The position numbers and the translations under genes were made by a program. A DNA stretch of 64,000 bases from assembly GCA_965248575.1 (NCBI GenBank), contig CBDFJQ010000002.1:928001-992000 (forward strand). Reading direction: 5' to 3'. The notes under the pieces were generated by a model, which saw only the letters and a list, made by a program, of their open reading frames with translations, had not been told where the DNA came from and made no database searches. The DNA comes from Planctomycetota bacterium. GTDB taxonomy: Bacteria > Planctomycetota > B15-G4. Every line of letters begins with the position of its first letter. Position 1 is the first letter of the stretch. This document shows positions 27,591 to 37,078 of the stretch, one piece after another.

Positions 27591-28130
27591 ATGGAACCCG
27601 TCCTGATTGCCGTCGCCGCCTTGGGCCTGCTCGGTCTGCTCGGAGTCGCTTTGCTCGCCAAGCGCCTCGGCCAGCTGGAATCCGCACTGGGGCGGCTCGA
27701 CCGCCTCGAGGAGATCGAGCGCCGGCTCGGAGACCTCTGCGCAGAGTTCGACCGGAAGGAACTCAATACGCGGCTGCAAGCCAAGATGACGGAGGTGACC
27801 GAGGCCAATCGGCGCCTGGCCCACGCGGTGGACGAGGTGCGGCTCGAGGTCAAGGAGCTGGTGGACAGCTCAACCCAGCGGCAGGTGGCCCTCGAGGCAT
27901 CCGAAGCCGATGAACCGTCCTCCATGGCCGAGGTGGTGCGTTCCCATCTTCAGGCCGACGGCTTTGACGAAGTGCACATCCTGTCCGACCTGACCCACCT
28001 CCAGGGCCGCAGCGGTCGGGTCGTGTTCGAAGCCCGGCGCACCGGCGTCATGCACAAGGGCCACGTGAATCTGAAGGACGGCCACGTGCAGGACGAGAAC
28101 GTGCGCGCGGCCTACTCGGCCTTTCCGTAG
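27591..28130 (+). CDS. Hypothetical protein: N-terminal TM anchor, coiled coil, small C-terminal domain
   Basis: [22 protein letters not shown] followed by heptad-rich E/R/L segment. Confidence 0.65.
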   Translation: MEPVLIAVAALGLLGLLGVALLAKRLGQLESALGRLDRLEEIERRLGDLCAEFDRKELNTRLQAKMTEVTEANRRLAHAVDEVRLEVKELVDSSTQRQVALEASEADEPSSMAEVVRSHLQADGFDEVHILSDLTHLQGRSGRVVFEARRTGVMHKGHVNLKDGHVQDENVRAAYSAFP

Positions 28131-28273
28131 ACTCTGCTTGGGTTGCGTCAACGACGCGCCTCGGTTCGTTTCATGTTCACGTCTGCCCCCGTCCGCCCCC
28201 GTTTGCCAAAGAGGCCTTGACGAGATCCGCCCAGCGGCCAGTCAGGTTCCGGCAGCATTCCCAGGAAGTTTCC

Positions 28274-29608
28274 ATGTCCAGCCCGAGTGTCGACACCCCC
28301 AGTGATTCCCCCGTGATTTCCCGTGTCTCCCGACTGTCGGAGCACGTGGGCGGCAACGTCACCGTGCAGGGTTGGCTCAGCAATCGGCGTTCTTCGGGCA
28401 AGCTGATCTTCCTTCAGGTTCGCGACGGCAGCGGCACGGTCCAAGCGGTGCTGCGCAAAGGCGTCGTCGAGGACGAACTCTTCAAGGAACTCTCTTCACT
28501 GCCGCAGGAATCCTCGCTCGAGGTGGACGGCAGCGTGAAGGCGGATGAGCGCAGCCCCGGCGGCTTCGAACTGTCGGTGAGTGCCGTGCGCATCATCGGC
28601 GTCTCCGAGTCCTACCCCATCACCAAGGGTGTCGACACGGAGAGCACGGCTTTCCTGATGCAGCACCGGCACCTCTGGCTGCGGAGTTCGCGGCAGGCCG
28701 CAACCCTGCGCGTGCGCTCCCGTACCGTGAAGGCCATTCGGGATTTCTTCGACGGGAACGACTTCACGAACGTCGACGGACCCATCTTCACCCCCGCTGC
28801 CTGCGAGGGGACGAGCACCTTGTTCGAAGTGGACTACTTCGGCGAACCCGCCTACCTCACACAGAGCAGCCAGCTGTACGCCGAGGCAGCCGCCATGGCC
28901 CTGGGCAAGGTCTATACCTTCGGGCCGACCTTCCGAGCCGAGAAGTCCAAGACCCGTCGACACCTGACGGAGTTCTGGATGGTCGAGCCGGAGATCGCCT
29001 TCGCCAAGCTCGACGATGTCATGGACCTGTCGGAGGACTTCCTTGTCTCGATCATCCAGGACGTCGTCGCAAATTGCCGCGCCGACCTGGAGCTACTTGG
29101 GCGCGACTGCGACAAGCTGCTGGCCATGACCAGACCGTTTCCACGCGTCTCCTACGACGAGGCCGTGAAGATGCTCAACGAGGCTGGACACCCCTTCGAG
29201 TGGGGCGATGACTTTGGTGCACCCGACGAAGAGGTGCTGACCAAGATGTTCGACCGCCCCGTTCTCGTGCATCGCTTCCCGGCGCAGGTGAAGGCGTTCT
29301 ACATGAAGCGGGACCCGGAGGACGACCGCTTGGCGCTGTGCGTCGACGTGCTCGCCCCCGAGGGCTACGGCGAGATCATCGGCGGCAGTGAACGAGCCGA
29401 CGATCTGCAGTACCTCCTGGACCAGATCAAGAAGCACGACCTGCCGCAGGAGTCCTTCGAGTGGTATCTCGATCTGCGGCGCTTCGGCACGGTGCCGCAT
29501 GGTGGCTTCGGACTGGGTCTCGAACGCACCGTGGCCTGGCTGTGCGGCACGCATCACATCCGAGAGTGCACTGCCTTCCCGCGCATGCTCTACAAGATCT
29601 ACCCGTAA
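28274..29608 (+). CDS. asnS: Asparagine--tRNA ligase
   Basis: OB-fold VQGW...[52 protein letters not shown]. Confidence 0.96.
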   Translation: MSSPSVDTPSDSPVISRVSRLSEHVGGNVTVQGWLSNRRSSGKLIFLQVRDGSGTVQAVLRKGVVEDELFKELSSLPQESSLEVDGSVKADERSPGGFELSVSAVRIIGVSESYPITKGVDTESTAFLMQHRHLWLRSSRQAATLRVRSRTVKAIRDFFDGNDFTNVDGPIFTPAACEGTSTLFEVDYFGEPAYLTQSSQLYAEAAAMALGKVYTFGPTFRAEKSKTRRHLTEFWMVEPEIAFAKLDDVMDLSEDFLVSIIQDVVANCRADLELLGRDCDKLLAMTRPFPRVSYDEAVKMLNEAGHPFEWGDDFGAPDEEVLTKMFDRPVLVHRFPAQVKAFYMKRDPEDDRLALCVDVLAPEGYGEIIGGSERADDLQYLLDQIKKHDLPQESFEWYLDLRRFGTVPHGGFGLGLERTVAWLCGTHHIRECTAFPRMLYKIYP

Positions 29609-29632
29609 CGCCCCCGGGGCAGGAACTACGAG

Positions 29633-30283
29633 ATGAGTACTCTGGACCTGACACCTTTGGAACAGGCGGCAGCGAAAGCCGGGCTGCCTGGGCTGGAGGC
29701 ACGCCTGGTCCCGCCCAACCCGCGCCGTGGGCGCCTGTTTCAGAGAATCGGCCACGCACTGCTCGTGAATGAACGCGTGCTTGAGCGCCTGCCTCCGGCC
29801 GAAGGCCAGGCGCTGCTCACGAATTCCATCCTGCAGTGGAAGCAACTGTCGCGCCTGCGCACGGGCTTGCTGATCTACGCCGCCTGCGCGCTCGGGCTCG
29901 GCTGGGCCTGGGCCGCCCTGACGGATGGCTCGTACGGATGGGTCGAGTGGGTCGGAGCGAGCGTGTTGGCTGCGGGCTGGGTCGCCTACGCTCTCGTGGG
30001 TTGGTCCCAGGCAATGATTGCGGCCGACGATGCCACGGTCACCCTGCTGGGTGATCCCGAGGTCCTGGTGCGCGCGCTGAATGTGATGAACCAGGATTGC
30101 CTCGACCTGGGATCCTCGCGCGTGGAGGCACGGCCCGACCTCCACCGGCGCGCCGAACGCCTGGTGGACTTGCACCAACTCAAGCTTCCGCCCGAGCGAC
30201 GCACCGTTCCGGTCTTCGAAGGCACGAGCAGTTGCGGCGCCGGCTGGGAGGTCACCGGTGAAGCCGTAGGGCCGGGTGCCTGA
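29633..30283 (+). CDS. Membrane protein resembling the M48/HtpX peptidase C-terminal domain but lacking HExxH
   Basis: LLVNERVLERLPPAEGQALL, two TM segments, AADDATVTLLGDPEVLVRAL, RPDLHRRAERL. Confidence 0.55.
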   Translation: MSTLDLTPLEQAAAKAGLPGLEARLVPPNPRRGRLFQRIGHALLVNERVLERLPPAEGQALLTNSILQWKQLSRLRTGLLIYAACALGLGWAWAALTDGSYGWVEWVGASVLAAGWVAYALVGWSQAMIAADDATVTLLGDPEVLVRALNVMNQDCLDLGSSRVEARPDLHRRAERLVDLHQLKLPPERRTVPVFEGTSSCGAGWEVTGEAVGPGA

Positions 30284-30295
30284 GCTCGCCAGACC

Positions 30296-31327
30296 ATGCG
30301 CCCTGACGCTCTCCACCTGAAGGTCTCCAGCTCTGCGGTGGACGTGCTCCGTCGGCGGGCCCGGGCGCTTCAAGCGCTGCGCGCCCACTTCGATGACGCC
30401 GGCTTCCTCGAGGCCGACGTCCCCGTCCTGCTTCCGAGTGCAGGGCAAGAACCCTACCTCCATCCGCCTGCCGTCATGCTGGAGGGCTTGCCCTCCCCGA
30501 TGTGGTTGCAGACGTCACCCGAACTGCCACTCAAGCACCTGCTGTGCGCTGGCGCCGACCGTCTCTACAACCTGGGTCCTGCCTTCCGAGCGGGGCGAGA
30601 GGAGCTGAGCACCCATCATCAGCCCCAGTTCTCGATGCTGGAGTGGTACGAGGCCGGGGAGTCCATCGAGGTCCTCGTGCAGCGCGTCCGGGCGCTGGCG
30701 AGCGACGTCGCGGGAGCCTTGGACAGGCCGGCGCCAAAGCCTGGGGAGCTGCTGGACCTCGCCGAGGCCTTTCGACGCTGGGCGCAGCTCGATCTCGAGC
30801 TGCTGCTCGACGGCCGCCAAGCCGAGTTCGCCAGCCAGGCGGCGCAGAGCGGCCTGCCCCTGCGGCCGCAGGACGATGTGGCCAGCATGGTGGGCAGGGT
30901 CATGGTCGATCGGATCGAGCCTGCGCTGCTCGAGATCGACGGCCTCGTCTTCCTGCAGGGGTATCCGGCGGCGTTGGCAGCCCTGGCGCAGATCGATCCC
31001 AGCGACCCCCGCAAGGCCTTGCGGGTCGAGGCCTATCTCGGCGGCGTGGAGTTGGCAAACGGCTACGTCGAGTTGCTGGAACCCGGGCCCATGGCGGAGC
31101 GCTGGGCGCAGGAACGCCTGCAGCGCACAGGTCCCGCGCAGGCCCCAGCCCTGGACGAACAGTTGCTCGAGACACTGGCCGCCCACCCCCCGGCCCCCTG
31201 CGTCGGCATGGCGCTGGGTGTGGATCGTCTACTCATGTGCCTGCTCGGAGCCACGAGCCTGGATCAGGTGCTGCCGTTGAGCCTCTCACTGTCGGAGAGG
31301 ACCGCGGACGCGCCTGACGATCCGTAA
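30296..31327 (+). CDS. epmA: Elongation factor P--(R)-beta-lysine ligase (EpmA/GenX/PoxA)
   Basis: LysRS-like catalytic core without anticodon domain: LQTSPELPLK, HQPQFSMLEWY, ELANGYVEL, GMALGVDRL. Confidence 0.88.
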   Translation: MRPDALHLKVSSSAVDVLRRRARALQALRAHFDDAGFLEADVPVLLPSAGQEPYLHPPAVMLEGLPSPMWLQTSPELPLKHLLCAGADRLYNLGPAFRAGREELSTHHQPQFSMLEWYEAGESIEVLVQRVRALASDVAGALDRPAPKPGELLDLAEAFRRWAQLDLELLLDGRQAEFASQAAQSGLPLRPQDDVASMVGRVMVDRIEPALLEIDGLVFLQGYPAALAALAQIDPSDPRKALRVEAYLGGVELANGYVELLEPGPMAERWAQERLQRTGPAQAPALDEQLLETLAAHPPAPCVGMALGVDRLLMCLLGATSLDQVLPLSLSLSERTADAPDDP

Positions 31328-31443
31328 CGCCACCGGTAACGTCACCGGACTTCCCACGACCACCCCCGCAACGACGCCGCGAATGGAGCACCGGAAAGGG
31401 TTCCGGGCCCTCGCGGCGCGAGGTCGTCTACGGGAGTCAGTTC

Positions 31444-32661
31444 ATGCATCACCTTCGTTTCGCCGGCTTGCGGGGGCCGGCAAGCCTTGCCCTTCTCGCG
31501 CTTTGTGCCGTCTCGACGCCAAGCGTTCACGCCCAGTCCTTCGGGGTTCACGTCAGCACGTCCTCCGATGCCCAGATCTCGGGTCTCGTCATTGCAGACG
31601 AAGAGGTTCTGACGCGGAACATGCAGGGAATGATGTACGTCAGCGTCCCGACGGAAGCTTCCTCCGCCATGGTGGGGGAGTTGACCACTTCGGGGCTGCA
31701 CCATGTCTTCGGCGATGTCGACGCCCTGCACGAGGGCGGTGGATACCCCGTGGGAAGCGAGCTGTTCCTCTCCCTCGTGAGCAATGAGGCGGGCTACCTC
31801 GACGGCGATGTGCTGCGCGGAACGCCGGCCTCCGGGTTCAGCGTCTTTCTCGGCGAGGCCGACTTCGTCATGGCCTGCGGGCTGACGGACGGCAACGCCG
31901 ACATTGACGCCTTCCACAAGGATGGGGACGGCTCCGTGTTCTTCTCCTTCGCGGAAGACGAGGACTCATCATTCCTCTCAGGCGACACCCCTGGAGTGGT
32001 TGCGGATGGCGACATCCTGAAGTGGAACCCCTTCCTCGGCAGCGCCGATGTGTTCCATCGGGAGTCCGAGGTGGGCGCTTTCGTGAGCCAAGCCCTGGGA
32101 TCAGCCACGAGCATCGGGGACGTGAAGGGCGTGGCCCGCAACCCGCTGACGGGCGCCCTCTTGTTCACGGTCCAGAGCCCCTCCAGTCACGATGCGTCGA
32201 TCTTCACGGATGCAGGCGGAGGTGAACTGATGGAGGGCTACGCCGAGGCAAGCTGGGGCTTCAGCTCTGCAACCGAGTTCGATGCCCTCTCCGTGGCGAC
32301 GAATCTTTGGCCATCGCTCGACACCAGCGACTCGATGCCCGCAGCCGGCGCGTCGGGCAGCCTGAAGGTCGACGGCGCCGACCCAGGAGAGGCCTACATC
32401 ATCTTCGCGGCGCTGTCGTTGGGCCCATCGCAAGTCGTCACGGCTGGGTGGGGCGGCCTCGTCCTTTCCGCAGATGCTCTTTTCCTGGGCTCACTCAATC
32501 AGCTGGCCCTGCGCACGGTCGTGACCGACTCCCTGGGCCAGGCTCAACTCGGATTCACCATTCCAACTGGTGTCCCGGCCACGGACATCTTCGTTCAGGC
32601 CGTGGCCGCTGCGAGCCCGCATCCTGCCACCAACCCGCTCGTCATCGAGGTGGCTCAATAG
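31444..32661 (+). CDS. Secreted acidic protein with ~4 internal repeats and a C-terminal beta domain
   Basis: Signal peptide ending VHA-Q; recurring DGD(V/I)L...D(V/I)DA...(L/V)F(F/L)S units. Confidence 0.7.
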   Translation: MHHLRFAGLRGPASLALLALCAVSTPSVHAQSFGVHVSTSSDAQISGLVIADEEVLTRNMQGMMYVSVPTEASSAMVGELTTSGLHHVFGDVDALHEGGGYPVGSELFLSLVSNEAGYLDGDVLRGTPASGFSVFLGEADFVMACGLTDGNADIDAFHKDGDGSVFFSFAEDEDSSFLSGDTPGVVADGDILKWNPFLGSADVFHRESEVGAFVSQALGSATSIGDVKGVARNPLTGALLFTVQSPSSHDASIFTDAGGGELMEGYAEASWGFSSATEFDALSVATNLWPSLDTSDSMPAAGASGSLKVDGADPGEAYIIFAALSLGPSQVVTAGWGGLVLSADALFLGSLNQLALRTVVTDSLGQAQLGFTIPTGVPATDIFVQAVAAASPHPATNPLVIEVAQ

Positions 32662-32800
32662 GGTTGGCCCACCAGGGGTGGACCATCAACAGAGAAGAGG
32701 ACACCACGACGCTCAGCATCCGTGAAGGATTCCTCCTCAACGGTGACGAGAGGGTCACAGCGAGCATCGTGGCGCCGCCTCACTCGCGGCGATAGAATGC

Positions 32801-32850
32801 GGGAAGGAGGGGTGGCCCTGGGCGACCCCTTCTTCCCTCTTTCATTTCCC
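32801..32850 (+). terminator. Intrinsic terminator-like hairpin upstream of the NIL gene
   Basis: GGGAAGGAGGGGT-G-GCC pairs with GGC-G-ACCCCTTCTTCCC (one GU, one mismatch), followed by TCTTTCATTT. Confidence 0.55.
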
Positions 32851-32872
32851 TGAGCCGGACCCCGGTTTGATC

Positions 32873-33130
32873 ATGGGCCATAGCAAGCTGATCCACTGCA
32901 CCTTCCCGAAGGACCTCATTCACCAGCCGCTGCTCTACAACCTTGGCTGCGACTTCGGAGTGGTCCCCAACATCCGTGGAGCCACCATCAGTGACGACAT
33001 TGGCCTGGTGTACCTCGACCTGGAAGGCAACGAAGCCGAGGTCGAGAAAGCCGTGGAGTTCCTGAAGAGCAAGGGCGTTTCCGTGGAAGAGGTCGCCGCA
33101 GACGCCCCCGACAAGGCTCCGCCCGTCTGA
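32873..33130 (+). CDS. Stand-alone NIL domain protein
   Basis: TFPKDLIHQPLLYNL...FGVVPNIRGATI...GLVYLDLEG...AVEFLKSKGVSVE. Confidence 0.85.
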   Translation: MGHSKLIHCTFPKDLIHQPLLYNLGCDFGVVPNIRGATISDDIGLVYLDLEGNEAEVEKAVEFLKSKGVSVEEVAADAPDKAPPV

Positions 33131-33138
33131 AGGAACCC

Positions 33139-34380
33139 TCAGTCGTCCGCGCGAAGACGCTCGCGGGCGGCCAGGGCCTTGGTGCGGTACTCGTCGAGCA
33201 GGTCTTGGTCCTGGCCTGCCTTGCGGCTATCGACCCACCAGCTGTTCCAGCCTTGCAGGACCTTCACCCGGAGATTCTGGGTCTTGGTGTCCATGCGGGT
33301 GGTGTCCGCTGGGAACGAGAATCGGGGGAAGAATCCGACGCTCTTCTGCCAGTCGTCGACCATCTTGTAGACCGAGACCACGTTGCCTTCTTCGCTGATG
33401 TCCACGCCCCTCAAGGCGTTCAGATAGGCGGGAACCGAGAGTGCCAGATCCAAGTCACGGACCTGCGGCAGCAACTTCTTCTTGCGGCGCGGCGTCGCAC
33501 CACCGAAGTCGATGTACAGCTCCTTGATCAGGACGGTCCACTCGTCCAGTTCTTCGGCGGTGCTTCCCAGGGCCGGGGGCAGGGCGTCGAACTCGATCAG
33601 CGTGGGCAAGGGTTCCTCTGGTGCGTCCGGGTCCGCCTTCGGGGCCGCTGCAACCGCTGCGGGAGCCTTCGCAGGCAGGGGCGCCTTGCCTGCGGCGTCG
33701 TCACCAGTCGTGCCTACAGAGTCGTCAGAGCCCGCTTCCGCGTCTGCAAGCTTCGCAGCAGTCTCGCTCGCCGTTTCTTCGGTGGGTTGGGACGAGGTGT
33801 CGTTGCCGCCATCCGCGGCCGTCTCGCTCTCCAAGTCTGAAGCCGCCGAGTTGTCGCCGGACGTGTCGTCCGCGACCGTGGTGCTGGAATCAGGCGTGGA
33901 ACTGCCCCCGTCGTCGCGCAGGAAGAACCAGTAGCCGCCACCGGCAAGGACAACCACGAGCAGCACAAGGCCGACCATCAAGCCGGTCTTCGAGTCAGAC
34001 CCGGACCCTCCGCTGGAGCCACTGCGCGCCGCCTTGGAGCCGGAGGCCTTGCGGGCACCCTTGCGAGCACCTCCGCCGGACTTGCCCCCGGCCTTGCGAC
34101 CGGCAGCCTTGCTGCTGGCGCCCGCCTTCCTGGCTGGAGCCGCTTTGGCCGGAGCTGTTTTCTTCACCGGTGCTGCCCGCTTGGGGGCTGTCGCCTTCTT
34201 GGGCGCAGCCTTGGCGGACTCACCAGCCGTGGCCTTGGCTGGGGCTGGAGCAGCAGCCGTCTCAGCGGGCGGAATCTCCAGGACCCCACCGCAGGTCTTG
34301 CACTTCGCGCGGGTGGCGGTGGTGCTTTCGGGCACCTTGAATCGTGCACCGCAATCCTTGCATGTGGCCACTCGGGTCAT
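33139..34380 (-). CDS. Zinc-ribbon (MJ0042-like) bitopic membrane protein with Lys/Ala-rich linker and extracytoplasmic helical domain
   Basis: Start at ATG 34380; CKDCGARFKV...KCKTCG; K/A-rich region; one TM (GLMVGLVLLVVVLAGGGYWFF); acidic linker. Confidence 0.75.
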   Translation of the reverse strand: MTRVATCKDCGARFKVPESTTATRAKCKTCGGVLEIPPAETAAAPAPAKATAGESAKAAPKKATAPKRAAPVKKTAPAKAAPARKAGASSKAAGRKAGGKSGGGARKGARKASGSKAARSGSSGGSGSDSKTGLMVGLVLLVVVLAGGGYWFFLRDDGGSSTPDSSTTVADDTSGDNSAASDLESETAADGGNDTSSQPTEETASETAAKLADAEAGSDDSVGTTGDDAAGKAPLPAKAPAAVAAAPKADPDAPEEPLPTLIEFDALPPALGSTAEELDEWTVLIKELYIDFGGATPRRKKKLLPQVRDLDLALSVPAYLNALRGVDISEEGNVVSVYKMVDDWQKSVGFFPRFSFPADTTRMDTKTQNLRVKVLQGWNSWWVDSRKAGQDQDLLDEYRTKALAARERLRADD

Positions 34381-34492
34381 GATCGGAGCTTCCTGGGGCG
34401 AGAGGGGGCCCAAGGCGGGTTCTCGGGCCCTGGGGAACGCTGCAGGCTAGGAGCGGCCGTGGGGGTGGTCAAGGGCGGCCCCAGGAGGGGCG

Positions 34493-36823
34493 TCAGTTCA
34501 TCTGATCCAGATACTCCAGCACCTCGTCCATTTCCAGCTTGGAGAGGCGCAGGCCGATGGCATCGATCGCCGCCTGCTCGTCGGCCTTGAAGTCATCGGC
34601 CACGCCATAGGGGTCCTCATCCGCGTGAACCTCTCCCAGGGCCTCCAACAGGCTCGTGAACTGCACCGCGTCGAGGGCCAGCAAGCCCTCCAGCACACCC
34701 CAGACCATCACGGCCTGGTCCATGTCCCCGGCCGGCTCTTCGGCTCCCAAGAGCAGTGACCCCAGGTTGAACTTCCGCTTGCGCGACGCCTTCTCAAGCA
34801 AGCGTTCGGCCCTGCGAGACCAATCGAAGTGGTCACCCACGGCCACGAAGCCCGAGGTGTTGAACTGATAGACACTGTTCTGCAGGCGGATCTCGATCAG
34901 ATGGCCGAGGCCCCAGCGGATGCTCTGAGGCAGCTGTCCGGTGCGCTGCGTGAGGAAGCACTGCGTGAACTTGTGGGCGATCTCGTTCACCAGACGAAAC
35001 TCGTCGTCACCGGCGGCCGCGTTGCCCGCTTGGTCCCAGGTGGGTTGCAGGAACATGGGCACGTTGCGAGCCATGACGCCGTCCGGCTCCTGGGAGAGTT
35101 GTGCCACCTCCTCCGGCAAGAGCGCACGTTTGGAAGCCAGCGCGCTGAGCAGGCCATCCCAGAACTCCTGATCGCGGCTGGCCTGTTGGTCAAAGAGCAC
35201 GGCCAGCGTGGGGCGGGCTGTCCGCTTCACCAACAGGGGAAGCGCCGGCTCCAGGATCTCCCAGGCCTCGTCCATCTTGAGCGCGGCGTCGATCAGCACT
35301 TGGTCTGCGACGCGACCCATGACCACGTGATCGGGGTTGCCGCTCAGGCAGACGCGTAACTCCAGGGCCAGGATCTCCTTGGACCAGGAATCCAACAGCC
35401 GCCGAACGGGCGTGGGGATCTGCTCCGCCACCTCTCCCGCGGTGACCAGCTTGTCGCCCCACAGGATCTCGAGCGCAGCGGTGTCCTCGCGCAAGAGCGC
35501 GCGGGGAGCGCGGGGCTTGGTGCCCTTGCGGATGGTGACACGCGGGCCGCCCGAGCTGTCCGTCTTGCCAGGCGCGGGTTCTGAATCGGGCTTCGGTTCC
35601 GGCACGGGTACCGGCTCGCGGGGTGGTTCCCTCCCAGGCGACGGCGGCGCCTGGGCGACGGAACCGTCCTCACCCGGATCGTCATCGGACGGCCCCACGG
35701 GACGCTCGCGGTGGGTTGGCATGAGCGGGTTCTCCACCGGGACCGCCGCGAAGGTTCCGCCATGGCGACCATGCCAGCGCATCCAGGCAGCGAGATCGGC
35801 CTGATTCGCGGATTCCCAGGCTCCGTCGTCCGTCCCGAAGCGCGCCACGGCGGAAAAGGCCGAGCTGCGCCCCGTGATGGTTTCCAAGGCGTCGAAGAGC
35901 AGCCGCTGAGCCACCGCGTCCGGAGTGCCCGCATCGCTCATCTCGAGAATGCGCTCCAGGAGCGCGGCCACCGCGGCGCGTGGATTCCTGTGCAGGGCCT
36001 CAGTGACCTCCTTCCGCTCAGGGGGCCGCTGAGCAGCGAGCAGCCCGTCCACGAGTTCTCCCATGGAATCCCGGTCGAAGTCATCGAGTACCTCCGGCCA
36101 AACCACTCGAAGCTGGGTCAGCTCGGGGCGGGATTCCGGCTGCAGGCCCGCCTCACCCAAAGGATTGTGTCCGGCGCTGTAGGACTCACCGAACTGAAGG
36201 TCGAGCACCAGGAAGTCGGGGCTGGCCACGAGGACCAGATCGAGCAAGCGGCCGGAGCGGGAAGCCTTGACCACCGTTTGCAGGACGTGCCGATCGGGCA
36301 CGGGACCCCAACCCGCGTCGGGATCCTCCAGCACCCGGATGTTGTAGAGGGTTCCGCTTTCGAAATGGTGTGCGTCGGCGCCCAACCAGCCCTGCACCGT
36401 GTCCTGGATGAAGAGCAGCTGTCCGAGCTCGTCGAGATCCTCCCAACGCCCCCGGGCTGCCCCGCGCGCCACGCCCTCCTCAGAGCGCAGGCGAAAGTCC
36501 GTGATCTGTGCGAGCGTGCGTTCGTCTCCGCCACGCAGGGCCCGGATGACGATGCTGGCCAACTCCCAGTGTTCTGGCGTGGGCTCCTGGGTGGAGTCCT
36601 GGCTGGAGTCCTGATCCTGAACAACAGGGGCCGACATGAACGGGGCAGCCGCCACGGCTTGCCCCCAGAGCAAGGATGGAGGCAGAGGCCAACCACACAG
36701 GCAGGCGGCCAACAGCATCATCAGGGGCATGCGCCACCAGTTCGCTCCCGGAAGTCGATCGAGAGCCCGATCCGGACCCCTCTGTGCGTCTCGGCGGCGC
36801 CCAGCGCCTCCATCAGGACTCAT
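34493..36823 (-). CDS. Large hypothetical exported protein with Pro-rich linker and degenerate zincin-like C-terminal domain
   Basis: Long ORF filling the gap; hydrophobic signal-like MPLMMLLAACLCG; start uncertain (36823 or 36730). Confidence 0.6.
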   Translation of the reverse strand: MSPDGGAGRRRDAQRGPDRALDRLPGANWWRMPLMMLLAACLCGWPLPPSLLWGQAVAAAPFMSAPVVQDQDSSQDSTQEPTPEHWELASIVIRALRGGDERTLAQITDFRLRSEEGVARGAARGRWEDLDELGQLLFIQDTVQGWLGADAHHFESGTLYNIRVLEDPDAGWGPVPDRHVLQTVVKASRSGRLLDLVLVASPDFLVLDLQFGESYSAGHNPLGEAGLQPESRPELTQLRVVWPEVLDDFDRDSMGELVDGLLAAQRPPERKEVTEALHRNPRAAVAALLERILEMSDAGTPDAVAQRLLFDALETITGRSSAFSAVARFGTDDGAWESANQADLAAWMRWHGRHGGTFAAVPVENPLMPTHRERPVGPSDDDPGEDGSVAQAPPSPGREPPREPVPVPEPKPDSEPAPGKTDSSGGPRVTIRKGTKPRAPRALLREDTAALEILWGDKLVTAGEVAEQIPTPVRRLLDSWSKEILALELRVCLSGNPDHVVMGRVADQVLIDAALKMDEAWEILEPALPLLVKRTARPTLAVLFDQQASRDQEFWDGLLSALASKRALLPEEVAQLSQEPDGVMARNVPMFLQPTWDQAGNAAAGDDEFRLVNEIAHKFTQCFLTQRTGQLPQSIRWGLGHLIEIRLQNSVYQFNTSGFVAVGDHFDWSRRAERLLEKASRKRKFNLGSLLLGAEEPAGDMDQAVMVWGVLEGLLALDAVQFTSLLEALGEVHADEDPYGVADDFKADEQAAIDAIGLRLSKLEMDEVLEYLDQMN

Positions 36824-37078
36824 GGGACTCCGATTGACTCCAACGTTCACAGCCTTCTCTCCGCGACCCAAACGACCATTGACCATCCCACACCTCAACA
36901 GCTGAACCCGCCTCTCGTCGACCCTTTGCCCGGCCTCGGGCCCGAGTTGCTCCCCGAGACCCACAGGGACAGCAACTTCCAACACCGAGCGGCCGCTTTA
37001 TAGTCCCATCTTCCTTCGCCGGTATTCCCCGGACGCCCGTCGGTAACCAGGACCCCCCTCGTGAGTTGCAGGCGCACC

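Noticed and set aside
25000..27606. 868-aa plus-strand ORF and similar long overlapping ORFs (19252-21138, 23826-25538, 45356-47272, 51977-53629)
   Set aside because: All lie antisense to well-supported genes and lack recognisable motifs
36824..37078. Possible ncRNA (6S-like or c-di-GMP riboswitch) in the divergent region before uvrB
   Set aside because: Only local hairpins (GTTGCT/AGCAAC, CTCGGGCCCGAG); no long end-to-end pairing and no GEMM core
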